Shown here piece after piece: positions 11,674-25,000 of a DNA stretch of 64,000 bases. Origin of the DNA: Kudoa neothunni (taxonomy: Eukaryota > Animalia > Cnidaria); assembly GCA_964304625.1 (NCBI GenBank), contig OZ199838.1:7396035-7460034 (forward strand). Reading direction: 5' to 3'. The notes below the pieces were generated by a model. The model did not search any database. It saw only the letters and a program-made list of their open reading frames with translations, and was not told where the DNA came from. The translations under genes were made by a program, and so were the position numbers. Within the stretch, counting starts at the first letter, position 1. The number at the start of each line of letters is the position of its first letter.

Positions 11674-14409
11674 ATGGGTTTACTCCATACCAAACTGAAG
11701 CTATGTGGAGCTGACGAGAGGCCCGATGTTAATTTGGTTTCCTCTATAATCAATTCAAGTAAATGGGATCGGCGTGTGACTTAATTAAATTGAAAAATAT
11801 TTGATTTTAGGTGACAGGAATGAGTTTTTAGCTCATATTGAGAAGTTATTACATTATAGAAAGTTTGAACTTCCTAAAAGATTTCTCGGAATGGTGAAAT
11901 CAAAGGTCAAAGTCCATAACATGGGTAAGGAAGCTATTGACGCTAGATAGTGGTTTATTGTCTAATAAGTCTCTACAATCTAACACAAATTCGTAGAGTT
12001 GACTGAAAAAATTCGTTGGATCGAAGAACTGAAAAGTTGTGTGATTGAGTTTTATCAAATAAATTCTTATCCAATTAAAGATCGATCAAAATTACCAACC
12101 GAAATCCGCGTACGCTAACTTTAAAATTTTGTTAGATATATTATCTGTATACTTGCAATAGACATTTGAAACACTCCAGGGGTTTTTAAAGGACTTATTT
12201 TGGGAGATGACGGTTGAAAGGGATCTACTGTCAGATTCTTCATTTTCAGGTACTGGTTCCCTATTAAACTATGCTCCAATCTGTTATACAATTAGTTCAA
12301 AAAAGGGTAATTTTTATGATTAACTTAGAAAGCTATCTTTAATAATCAGAGTTATAGTTGTACAAGAAAAAGTTTTTAACGTATAACTATCTTCCGTAGA
12401 ATGAATAATTTAATCGAATTAATCTTATGATAAAGAGGTGCAATAATTTTAATAAAAAATCTGTGTACATTATATAATTTAAATTTTAAATTTAAGAACT
12501 GTAATGGTTGAAAATAAAATTAAAACATTATCAATAGATGAAACAAAATATGTATTATCTGGCGAGGAACCGGCTGATTTTTCTGATGTTTCTACAAACA
12601 ACAGTAACACTTGTATGTAGATGTTAAATTTAACGATTTCATACAGAGTCAACAATTGAAGTAACCGCTGACTCGGTGAAATCTCAAATAAATGAACACG
12701 AGCCTCCACCTAAATCAGTTTCGAACAACTTTTTCGCCGCTCAAAAAGCAAAATTTGAGGAGTTGGAGTCAGCCCGAGAAAAAAACAAAATCGATAATTT
12801 AACAATAAACACTTCGGAAGGTATACCTTATATTTGATTAGGTTTTATAATAAAATTTATCAAATTTTATTTAGAAAAGAAGCTAGATTCTGTACACGAA
12901 AGCATGAGTGAAAATAATACTAACAATCGACAGATAGACAATTCGATTTTGAATCATTTTTACAGTAGTGAGATAGTAGATGATAAAATAATAAAAGAAA
13001 AAGAGGATATAGGTAATTTACAAAAAAATATTTTATTGGCAATTATTTGTTATATTCTGCTTAGAATCTTACCAATCGTCGCCAATGGAAATAACTGAGG
13101 AGAGCGATGACAATATTTTCTTTCCTCGCACTACTCGTAGTGAGTTAAATGAATTAGGACTTGTACATAAAATAATCGAAAGTGAGCGTGAATCAATAAC
13201 GTCATTATCATCGTCGGAGAATGAACATTTTGCAAGTCCCTCGATAAGCAAAACATTATCAGAAGATTTCAAAAATATTGTTGAACTAAAATATTCAAAG
13301 GTGAGACCTCTAAGTTCACTATCAGATCAAAATATAGGAGGATTTTCCACAATAACGGGTGACGACACATCTGATGATGGAATAGACGAGGTAGCCGAAG
13401 CTATTAATCTTTATAAGAAAAGATTTAAGCAAGCTGAATCAACTGTAAATCTAAAAAGAAATACTATATTAAACAGGCCACAATCCTATTCTTTCGGAGA
13501 ATCTCCATCAGTTAAAAATTACATCAAAGGTGTGGTACGAATTCAAATCTATACTTATTTCAACTTCGCTTCTCATGCTGAATTTGAAAAGAAAACTCTT
13601 AAATTCAAGATGAGCCAGATTGGCACCAATGAGACGTAAATATACATGTTTTATCTATGTTTATAACGATTAATTAGTGACCCATCTTCGATTTTGATCA
13701 AAAATAATCCCATCTTGATTGATATAGCGGTGAAAACTTGGGTGAATGATCTAGACCAACTCTACAGATTTTACAAATCCTTTTTCAGTTTTAATAATAG
13801 AAGACAAGAATGGTTACAATTTGAAAAATCATTTATACCTCTTACTATCAGTAAAGTTGTTGGCTATGTGACATTCATGCAGTTGGTTGAGATGAAAAGT
13901 CCAAAAGTTGACTTTTTAGACAAGAAAATCATTGAGCCAATTCTTACCGCCATAATAAGGCAACTACAACATCCTCTCTACCACAAAAATTATGATTATT
14001 ATCGTATTCCGTCCAATTTTAAAAAAATAGTTCCAAAGCTTGACATAAAGAAAATTCCAGAGGGACTTTTAATTGAAATGGGAGTTATTAAAACTGACGA
14101 CGAACGACTAGATATTGAAAAATTTACCCAAAAGTTTTCTAATTCAGTTGTTTTTGAAAACCTATTATATGAAGAAAACACCTACTGGAACATCACTTAC
14201 TCGGAAAAAGTTTTGGAATTATTCAAAGTCATATTTTAATGAAACATTTAATCATATCAAACTTTTTAAATTAGATCTCTGACCAGATTTTTGATGACAT
14301 TTTAGATGACTGCATTCAAGAAATTAGTGAATATTTTCAAGCACCCATCGACGATCCCATTTTTGACAGTAATCGTTGTGAAAGTAGTGAAGATAAACCA
14401 AGTAATTGA
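11674..14409 (+). CDS. spliced host gene, ~707 aa, with a DUF4378/CEP350-like C-terminal motif
   Basis: An open frame results from GT-AG introns at 11774-11810, 11925-11996, 12110-12161, 12250-12295, 12307-12357, 12381-12496, 12604-12646, 12821-12874, 13013-13064, 13636-13677 and 14228-14274. The last four phases join the supplied ORFs and the final exon exactly. The 5' exons are less certain. Confidence 0.7.
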
Positions 14410-14859
14410 AAATTCTCTGTTAAATCATTTTCATCTTCCACAAAATTGACTTGTATAATAAAAAATATTTTGGGAACAATTGTTCTATTGCTCTAATATG
14501 GTGTGTGTCTATTGGCGTCGTAAAATATTCAATTAACCTTCACCAACAGTAATTGGGTGTTATGGGTACCCTAGAAGAGTCTTTATATTTAATACAAAAA
14601 ATTAATTATTTTTTCGTACATTTTTCTTTATTCAAATATCGTGTAGCAATTAGGAATATTATTTAAATCCTCTGTTTCATAGATAAAAATCATGCACATC
14701 GCCGGTTTCGCAATAACCCGATTTTTACATTTTACTGAATTAAGATTACTAATTGTTTGAATCGTTCCAATGATTAATACATTAATACCGAAAGTATGAT
14801 TTGTTAATTTAAATTCAATGAAGATTATTCTATAAAAAAGCGTTAACGATAACGTATAG

Positions 14860-15416
14860 TCCAGGGGTAAGCCACGACAGTCCGTGGGATTAATATGGTC
14901 TGGGAGATTTCCTCAACCGACCAGCCAGGAGGTTAGGTGCCTGGGTAATATGGCATAGTGGTGTTAGGTGGGGTTTGCATATGGTGAGGTTGTGATTTCG
15001 AGGCTTAATCCGTGCGTTTCTGTACTCCTCATCCTAAACTGAGTAGGAAGACTGTAGTAGTCGCCGGGATCTACGATTTATTGTGGCCTTTCTTGTAACT
15101 GGGAAGGGAGCCTGGCGGAGGGTAGTACTCAGGCGTTCTTAAACGCCGGGGTACAGGAACGAAATAAGACCCAGTAGGTGGTTTCCGTAAAGCTATATCC
15201 CCCGTTCAGACGACTTTCCCAGACTAATCCTGAGTTAGTCCAGGTATGGTCTCTCCAAAACTAGGAAGTTTAGCGGGTTAAAATCCCACACTACTGCATA
15301 AAACTAAGTCGCCTTGATATGACGCTACAGAACCTACAGCGTAAATGGGGAAGGTCTAAGCAGCCCGAACTTCACAACCTAACAAGTAGTTCCAGTGGTT
15401 TGACCTTGTAAACCAA
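14860..15416 (+). mobile_element. GC-rich, hairpin-rich non-coding insert, candidate tRNA-derived SINE or LINE UTR fragment
   Basis: Sharp rise in GC content. Pol III A-box TGGCATAGTGG at 14951, followed by tRNA-Ala-like TTTGCATATGGTGAGGT and a weak B-box. Multiple stem-loops. Confidence 0.4.
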
Positions 15417-16294
15417 ATAAAACACGAGATCAGGGATAAAGTTAAGGTATTTTTTATTAGACAATACTTGTATAATTTCTCCTTTATATAATCGATCTTT
15501 TCAGCACATAAGGAAACTTGATAGAAAATTAAGCGGAGTTAATTAAATATTACCCGCCTTTTCACAAATATAAGTGTGTAAAAAACAAAAAAAGGCTAAT
15601 ATATTCCCCAACACAAATTTTATACTTGTTTTTACTGATTATATAATATTAGTTTTATTGTGACGGATAGAAATATTTAATTTTTGCTTTTTTTTATTTC
15701 AAACCGTCATTAATACTTGTACTTACACTCAGGGTCCAATGGGCCCAGAGCATGGTTGTTGCTTATATTATGGCTTTCTCGGTGGAGTCAGAAAGTCAAA
15801 ATTTAATCTAGCTTATTAAATATTTATGTATTATTATTATTTATATTATCTAATAATATCTGTGTGGTTTTTTATTTAACCGACAAAAAAATACACCCTC
15901 TTATGTGCAAACTGGGCCATTCGACCCAGCAGAATAACTTGACAATTAACGCCTTTAAACAAATACAAACCAATGCAATAAATAAAACAACGAAATATAT
16001 TTGATAAAAAAATCCCAACATCCAAATATGACATTAAAGAAATAAAATATCTCTGAAAATAATTGCACCTTTGTTTTTTTCGAGCCATGTTTAAAAATTA
16101 TAAGTTGTTGCATACTTTGCCATGACTTCTAAAATTTTTAATTATAATATAATTTATTATAAATAAAATCATAATTTTATACGTTGAAATATCTAGGAAT
16201 AGTTATTATTAAGGATAGTAACAAATTAATCTTTTATCGCCATCGTTTAGCTGCTAATCTGTGTAGAACGTTAACGTTTGATAATGCAATAAAA

Positions 16295-17130
16295 ATGATT
16301 ATGGAAAATTCAGAAGATTCTAGAATGGATGAAAATCTGTCTTCAGATGAAGAAATAGATAACATTATAGAAGAACCAGTTTCAAGGGATTTTGAGAATA
16401 TTTCTGATATTGAACAAACTCAAGAGACAAACTAATTAAATGGGAGTCGAAAGTACCAACTAAGAAGGTTAGAACACGTAACCACAATATTGAACCAAGT
16501 TATAAATCTAGAATCCAAAACGAAGTTAAGGAAAAAATATTTTCTCCGTTGATTTCATTCAAAAGTTTTATTGGAGACGATATTATTTCAAAAATAATAA
16601 TTTCGACAAACAATTTTATGAAAAAGAGAAACAATAACATAAAAATCAACAATTCTGATGTTTGGAAATGGATAGGTGATAATTTATATCTTGGAATACT
16701 GAAAAACAAAAACTTTTCATTACAAGAGTTATGGAATAAAAAAAGATTTACCGTTTTTATCTAAAAGTAATCAATCTTCAATTAAATTTGAATATAAATA
16801 TGTGGAAATAACATTTATATATTTTATAGTAATATATCGAAGATATAGAATTATCCCTGAAAATACTCGTTTTGTTGATCGCGTAGAGCGTGACCCTCAG
16901 AGAAAAGACTCTCCAATTAGTTTCGTATGGAATTCTTTTATCAATAATTGCCTAAATAACTACGTACCATCTGGGAAACTAACAATGGATGAACAGCTTT
17001 GCACAACAAGGGGTTGTGTGAATTTCTAAACTTGCATACCGATTAAACAAGGAAAATATGACATCAAGATTTGGGTCCTGGCAGATGCCAAAAATGCTTA
17101 CTTGTGTAATGCCCAAATTTATACAGGAAG
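16295..17130 (+). pseudogene. piggyBac (PGBD4-like) transposase remnant
   Basis: Acidic N-terminus, NYVPSGKLTMDEQL..RG, KYDIKIWVLADA. Many stops, truncated. Confidence 0.8.
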
Positions 17131-18064
17131 GTCATCAAACTTTTTTTTCGTTTCCCCTTTCAGATATTTTATTGAAAATATTAGAGTATATTCAGTTTTT
17201 TGACTTGAACAAACAAAATATGTGCAATATATCCCATTAATATTCTATTTCAAATATATAATATAATGCAAAATTATATTAACCTCCAATAAAAACTTTC
17301 ATTAACGATGTAACATCAAAATATATCAGAAAAAATTTTGGTATTTGTAAACTTACGCAGATATTTATAATAAAGTCATACCAAAAACAACTATATTGGA
17401 AAACTTACCACAATGAATCTATTTTTCATCAAATTATATTCAAATGACCTCCTAAGTTAGGTCGCTTGTATATGATTATAGTTACATACTTTTGCACATA
17501 TATGAATACAACGGCAGATTTTAAGATTAAATTACACATATAGAAAAGTTAATATTGATTCATGACTGCCTCTAAGAGTTAATAAGAATATCTTAATCTT
17601 TACCCTAAGATTACGCTCCTTAGCTTGAGGGCGCTTGTAGAATTTTTGAAGTGTCCGCAGGGGTTCAAACGACATTTTCAGATTATTATAATTATTTACG
17701 TATCTCCTGTAATTACGATCCAAATCAATTTTAAAAATTAGACTTATCCTTCTTAGTCAATTATAAACTTAATATAAACTATCGTTATTGTTTTTTAAAC
17801 TGTTAATAACAATCAATACTATCGATCATTGATATTTAAGAAAAATAAAGCCTGTGCATTCACTGGTTTTTATGAGCTACAAAGTATCTCTACATAAGTG
17901 AAAAACATTGAATTACCTTACTAGGAAAGGTGGTGATTGATTTTAACTTACAAATAAAAAACAAATGTCATGGGTGGTATTGATTAATATAATTATATAA
18001 TGTATTATGGAATAGAAAGATGGGAAGTATTATCTTAAGAGCCCATAATTTCAGTGGAATCTCT

Positions 18065-18137
18065 ATAACACGTATCGACCCCCTAGAAATTCTCGTCGAC
18101 CTCAAGGGGTTGATATCGACCACTTTGGAGACCCCTG
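18065..18137. mobile_element. hAT (Charlie/Buster-like) terminus
   Basis: ...CACTTTGGAGACCCCTG end (reverse complement CAGGGGTCTCCAAA) with TCGAC subterminal repeats. Confidence 0.55.
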
Positions 18138-18352
18138 CTCTAGCGTCATGTTAACCGGACATTAATCCAAATTTTGATTTATTTTTATCCGAAAATTTAA
18201 ACGACAAACTGTTACGGATTTTTTTGCTGGAGTTTCGGTTAATCGAAGTTTTTTTATTTAGAATTTATTGCAAATAAATTTCAAATAATCATTCGGATAG
18301 CGCGAAGTTCAGATAAACGGGGATCGAATATTCTCATAACAAAAATAATCCA

Positions 18353-19820
18353 CTAAACGTTCAAGTTCCTTTGTAAAATGTCCATACAAGAATCCACCAT
18401 ATTGTCATCCATTTCTTTCACCAATTGAAGTCCACTAGTAGTCAAAATAAATAGAGAGCATTATTATAAAGTTATACTCTTTGACTAGAGCAACTTCCTT
18501 ATTGAGAATATCTTCACATTCGTGGAAAAGTTGGTTTACAGATTCCAAACAGTTTTTCTTTGACAAAAAAATCAAAAAGAGTCAAAACAAACGTGATAAA
18601 CCTGTTCAATAACGCTAATACTATCAGCGATAGAAGCTTGCAGAGTACAAATTTTTTCAAATTTAAGTTTAATATCCGCTAAAAAATTAGATCACACATG
18701 GTAATACCACTTAAAAATACTAGGATCATCCACAGAAACCATATCATTAGATATGATTCCGCTGATCATATTAATAAAGGTGGATATCTCTGTGTAATTG
18801 TGAAGACAGTTGTCGAAAAGAGGAATAATTTCATCCAAATTGGTCATCTTTAAAATAAAAGATACCACAAAAAAACAAAACAGTCGAATACAAGTATATT
18901 AAGTAGTTGTTTGATTGATTTGTTTAATTTTGAGATACAAATAATTTTGGTTAAATCGTTCATTTCATCACAAAGCCGACGCCGCTGTAACCATATTTCG
19001 TAAATACGTTCCTATCACAAGCAAACATAACAATTACAATCAACCCTCTTCTCTAAATCTGCTGCTTATTAGCACAAGCATTATACTTGATAAAACGCTT
19101 CTTCCTTATCAACCTGTTTCTTGAGGGCTTGATTGATAAAAGCCATTTGAATACATCTCATTCGATGTATATCCACTGTGTGTTTCCTATCAAGTCTGGA
19201 TTTTAATGATTTGACGGGTGTTTCGGTTATTGTAGATATTTTATTGGAATTCTTTGACTAATAAATACCACCTAGTTTAATTAACTTCTTAGATAGTAAA
19301 ATACTCTAGTAAAATTGTGGCCGGTCGAACTTTGTGCTGCAAGCAAACATATTTAGAATCAACAATCAACAACAATAAAAGAATACCGCTGCTAACACTA
19401 CTATCTGTCCAATTAGAATGCTCCTTAATTTTTTTAGTGGACGAAAGAGAGGTTAAGGACTAAATTTTATTGAGATATCTAATGTAAGCCTAAATATAAT
19501 CGAAAAATTACAGTGGTTCGCTGAAGAAGCGGTCTATTTTTCTCAGTTCTATTTTTCATCAAACCAGAAAATTTTTCTATAACCAATTCCACAAATATGC
19601 ACGAGAAAAAATTATATGACGTACGTCTAAAATTTCCTGTTCGACTAATAACATTACTAGAACGGTCCGTGAGAACGCCGGTAACAAACCGATTCGAAGG
19701 CGGTTCTGGTACTCTTAAATCAACTGTATTAATCGCTATTAGCCAGTAGTAGAAAAACTTAGAATTTTTAGCCAAGCTGCTTAATGTAGGCACGAGAAAA
19801 CCTTCCTTCCTTTTTTCCAT
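18353..19820 (-). CDS. HAUS8: augmin subunit 8-like (HAUS8/Dgt4/QWRF family), 340 aa, 10 exons
   Basis: Exons 19820-19625, 19576-19512, 19459-19387, 19336-19305, 19257-19087, 19011-18892, 18847-18721, 18678-18602, 18557-18478 and 18434-18353, all GT-AG, sum to 1023 nt with no internal stop. Basic Ser-rich N-terminus, then RMRCIQMAFINQ..ERIYEIW coiled coil resembling the QWRF/HAUS8 core, and a late KEVAL motif. Confidence 0.72.
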
Positions 19821-20089
19821 CGCCAACTGTAAGGAAGGTGTGCGCGGGAGTATTTAACGTTTTTATGCGCGCATGCACATAGCATATATACAGCGGGGAT
19901 GTCAGTGCTAGGGTTTTTTATGGTCACCTTGGGTTCTTGGGGGTTTTTTCATTTTTTAGAAAATCTTGAGTTTTTACTGAAAACCTGTGAACCGAATGGA
20001 GAAATTTCCCCGCGTGAGAAAGATGGTTCGCGCGTGCGCGAAATGCAAAAAAAAACATAATTTTTTATTGATAAACAAACGCAAACTAC

Positions 20090-21450
20090 CTATATTTTCT
20101 TTAATTCCAAATTAAACGTTTTAGATACAGCTTCCAAATAAAATGTACCATAATTGGAACTATAACTCGAGCATATCTCCTTCAAATTTTCCATTTTTAT
20201 TTCCGTCTTTTTGTTCTGATTTGTCGTATTTGGATTAATGAGTTGATACATAATTTCCTGTTCAATCGAACTCTTTTGCTCTTTTAGATTTGTGATGAAT
20301 ATGACTAATTCTGGATGTGATTGGTCAAAGCGGGAATAAAAGTGGAGATTGAATATTTCTGCGTTGTTAGATGTTAGATTTACGTTGTTCATCACTCTTT
20401 GGTATGCATTCTATGATTCATTAGGATACTTTTTGCTTCTAATAAAGTTTTTTTCAAAATATATTAAGAATAATTAAAGATTAGGATTCTGAAATTTTTC
20501 AACAAAATTTTTAGGAACAAAAGCGAGTGACATAACGCATTTAATGAAAACCTTGAAATCTGGGTCATTTTTGTATTCATCGGAAATTTCTAATGATTGA
20601 ATTTTTCGATAATTATATTGTCAAAAATGTAACAAACAGAATTGCACATCTTGTCTTGATGCTTTTTAAAAGAATTATATGCTGCTACTTCAGAGTCAAT
20701 AATTATTGATTTCGGTAACTCCATATTACCTTTTTCCTTGATTACTTCAATAATCTTCGTGTAATTATTCTCAGACTTGTCTAATATTAAAACGAAAGCT
20801 AATGGAAAAACCCTGTTGAATACATTACTGTGAATAGCATATAGTATATAACTGAAAAAAAATCCTTTGGCGAAACGTAAAAAGTTCCATCCGCAATCCA
20901 AAAATCTGAATTTTTCAGATGTAAAAGGTTTTTCTCTGTAGAAAAAATGATTATTTGGTTTTCGTCATCAGAATCCGAATCGAACATACAAAAGGATTCA
21001 TCTCTCAGACTCTTAATTTCATTACAAAGATTGTCGCTGGATTAATTTGAATATTGTTTCATTTTCTTAAATTTCTTGTTTTTGTATACAAAAGATTTAG
21101 GAATAATCGGCAATTCACTAATGTTTTCTTTTCTGGTTGCAATACTATACACCTTTCTTGTTGGATATAAAGTAGTTTCTGCTAAGGATTTTATTTTATT
21201 GTGAAAAAATTTTTTATTTTTGTCCTTCTTCGATACGACGTGATTGTGAAATCCAGTTTTTTCAATATTTTCTGCATTATCAGGGGTGGTTATTCATAAT
21301 CTTCCTCTACGTAGTTTAGCTTGACACTTCCAGTATTCAATTTAATTTTTTTTGTAATCTCTAACGTAAAAATAATCGTCTTAAAGCATCATGTTAGTAT
21401 TTTTGGTAATTTTTAGCAAAATAATATATTCATTTGAATTTCCACTCATC
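20090..21450 (-). pseudogene. FLYWCH-MULE transposase pseudogene
   Basis: N-terminal YWKCQ (FLYWCH), WIADGTF, IIDSEVAA, LTSNNAE. Multiple stops and frameshifts. Confidence 0.85.
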
Positions 21451-21899
21451 CTAAGTACTAAGTAGGGCGTCCAAACTTTGGGTTTTTTTGTTTATTTACA
21501 AAAGTTGTAGATTATTGAATTCTTTGGGATCAGTTTATAAATAATAAATTTTAGAATTAGGTAAAATAATCATATTTGTTATTTTAGTGATGGAGAGATT
21601 AAAATTATTCGAAATCTTAAAAAGATATCACAATCGTCGGCAACGAGCTATTTTCCGACCCTTGGATAATTGTTATTAAATCAATTGTTCTTATTATTCT
21701 GTGATTGTATTTGGGTATTCCAACATTATCTTAAAATTTTCTAGTTTTTTTTTTAATAATACATTTTGAAGTTATTGACGTATATTATTTCAAAGTATGC
21801 GTGAAAATTCAAACGGAGCTCAAAGAAGAGCGTGGGGTAATATGTGCTTCAATCAAGATCGGTTAAAAGTGGACTTTAAACATTGGCTTGATCACGATA

Positions 21900-22030
21900 C
21901 TAAGGACAGAAATTCCAGCTACTGAAAATGTTGGACGAATTTATTCATTAATGAACACAGTAAAAACTAAAAAAACTAAATCAGTAAAGGCTGAAACTAT
22001 AAAATGTAAACTTCTCGCCGAGCAGCCGAT
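21900..22030 (+). pseudogene. hAT transposase C-terminal dimerisation-domain remnant
   Basis: PATENVGRIYSLMNTVKTK..ETIKCKL resembles the hAT ER.FS..KT motif. Confidence 0.5.
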
Positions 22031-22073
22031 CAGAAGAAACAATAATACGTGTTTTTATGTCGCATCCAACAAA

Positions 22074-25000
22074 TCTATCTATCTATATATATATATATAT
22101 AATCCTTTGTCTGTCTGTGTCCACAAGTGCGCATGTGCTGTGGATAAACATTTTTTAAATACAGCTTTTAGTTTGCATTTGAATAGGTATCATTAATAAA
22201 AATTTTTCATTTACTTAGAAGTATAATATAATCAATACCGCAGTCAGAAGTAAGTAATTTTCTGGTTACCTACTCAAATAGCAAATTAAAAAAGTACCTG
22301 AATAATATTGATGTTGTTTACTTCAGTGTGACGATCAATTAAGTAACTTTTACTCATCACATACAAAGAGAATCTTTTAATTATGGTATAAAAATATTCT
22401 CAAAAGGTAACATATGCCTGTTTGAAGCAATTTTAAGAGAGATAATGCCACTAGAGCCATATTTACAAGAGGTGCAGCATTTCCTTTAAAATTCGAAGCG
22501 TGACAAAATTATTAAGGATGTATTTTCATTTTTCAAGCGTTATAGATATAGTCTAGCGAAAAAGATTATGATGATGTTAGGTATAACACATAATTCGAGA
22601 TTAAAGTTGTTGTCATCAAGGAATAATTGGGCAGTTCTATAAGCATTCTATAATCGATGTGACATGTGTGTAGAGTTTTCAAATAATTAAATTTTTGTGA
22701 TAACTTCTTAAAGGATAATTATGCTCCATTGGAATTCTTGAGATGTGAAAATTTCTTTTTGTCAAATATGTCGATTGAGATTGAAACTATATTCATCTTT
22801 TCGATAAGTTTTTACTCATTTTTTGGTTTTCCTGAACTTTCCTACAAAAAAACTGGTATAAATAATTCGATAAGTTTCTACATCTGATGAGATAATTTTT
22901 TAAATAATGTTTAAGTTCTTAGTAACTCAATTACTCCTTCCACCAGACCTTAAGGTCAATATTTGAATCAATATATAATTTTCGTTTCGCTAAAACTAAT
23001 TCATTATGATATAAAAAGATGCATGAAAATATGCGACACCGCATTCTATAAGTAGTATAAGAATTTATATTTACGATTACTTTTGCAAAAAATACAGCTC
23101 CCTCTCAATAAGTGATATGTAAGTTAGTAAGAAATTGTTGCTCTATTCGATCTAACCGATATTTTCACAAAGTTTTCGTTAATCTAAGAATAGTTCAATA
23201 CGAAGAAATGTTTTGAGGGCAATCAAACAATATGTTTACTTCCAAAAAGGGTGCACTCCTTCGAGAAAACCAGTTAATATTTAAACATTAATGTAATTTT
23301 TTCAAGGATGTGCCTATTTTGCCGGATGCGCTTTTTCTCTAAAATAATAATTCAATCGCTACAATTTTTTCCAAAAAATATCTTTTATAAATGCAGAATA
23401 TAAATTTAGTTTCATTTATCTTTTAATTAATAATTAGGTATCAAAATACATCGAGGATATTTTAAACTCATTCATAAGTATCATTATAAATGACATTAAA
23501 TTTTTTATAAATCTGGATTATTTACATAATTAATTTAATTTTATGTGTAACAGAATCATAAACGAGTAAAATACCCTCTAGCGTGCAGTTGTAACTTTGA
23601 TAGTCGCGAGTAGAATCACTATGGAAGGAGAGTCTGATCAAACACTACTAATTCAGGATATTACATCAGGCCCTAAGGTCGGAAATGCATTTACAAACTT
23701 TGAAAAGGCTAAAAAATTCATGGATAAGTATTCAAAGCCGAACAACTTTGTTACTGGATCCGAGACTCTAGAAAAATCTCAACTGCCCCAAAAAAATTTG
23801 ATAGAGACATGAACTCTGATCTTGTTTATTATGAGGCCACGTTTTGTTGTTTTCACGGTGGTAAAAACGTAATTATCTCTGTACACATTGATGTAATTAA
23901 TTTGAATTCAGATACAATCTAAAAGTTCTGGAAAGAGAAAAATCAACAGCCATAAAAGTGGTTGCAATTTCTTCATTACACTGCGAGTTCCTAAAAACAT
24001 GAATATGTTAGTTATTAGAAAATTGGATCATACTCACAGCTGCAACAGAAATGAGCATTTTAGGAATTTTTTACCAATGAATAGAAAATTAGATGAAGAA
24101 AGCAAGAATCTTATAAAAAATGTTCATTTTTATGATGGAAATTTAAAAAGAGTACAAGTAGAAATCATGAACCATCACAAAAAAAGGTTTCGTTGAAGCA
24201 AATCCATAATTATATTCAAACACTAAAAAAAATGTTTCGTTGGATATTTCGGAATTGTTTAATTCAATAAAAAATTCTTACCCAAATGCAACTATCGAAA
24301 TATTGCACAATAACTCCAATGAAATGACTGGAATATTTTTCCAAGACCTTTATATGAAAAATGTTATTAAAAAATTCCCCGAATTAGTATTTATGGATGC
24401 TACTTATAAATTAATCAATAATCGTATCCCATTGTATATAAGTCTGTTTATCGATTCTTTTGAGAAAAGTCAAATAGGAGCTATTGCTCTTTTATCTGAG
24501 GAGAGTACCGTGACTGTTACCTGGTTATGTCAATCTCTACTTAAACATAATGAGGAAATGTCAACCAAAACAGTTTGTTTCATTACGGATAAAGACATAA
24601 TTGAAAGAAACTCTATGAGATCTGTATTTCCTAACGTAAGTACAAACTTATGCCTGTACCGTGTCTTAAGAACATTTGGTAGAGAAATCTCTACTTTAAG
24701 AATGAGAATAAACAAAGCTGAAAGAAAAGCTGCCTTAGAGTTGATTCAAAAGCTTTGTTATACCGATGATCCAAAAATTTATGAAAATTACCATGAATTG
24801 TTAAATAAGACATGTAACAAAAAATCATTAGTTATTATAATAAATCTTGGGATCCAATCAAATATGAATGGTGCCCGGCATACATGAACCTAAAGGGTAC
24901 TTTTTAAATGAAACCAATAATCGATTAGAATGCATAAATTCCAAAGTTAAACAAATCTTAAAAAAATTATCAACAATTGAAGTCTTTTTCAGCGATCTAC

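Noticed and set aside
14943-15012. Possible functional tRNA gene
   Set aside because: The A-box is present, but the acceptor, anticodon and T stems do not pair. At most it is tRNA-derived.
15020-15175. Possible hammerhead, HDV-like or twister ribozyme
   Set aside because: No CUGANGA..GAAA core and no consistent pseudoknot pairing could be built by eye.
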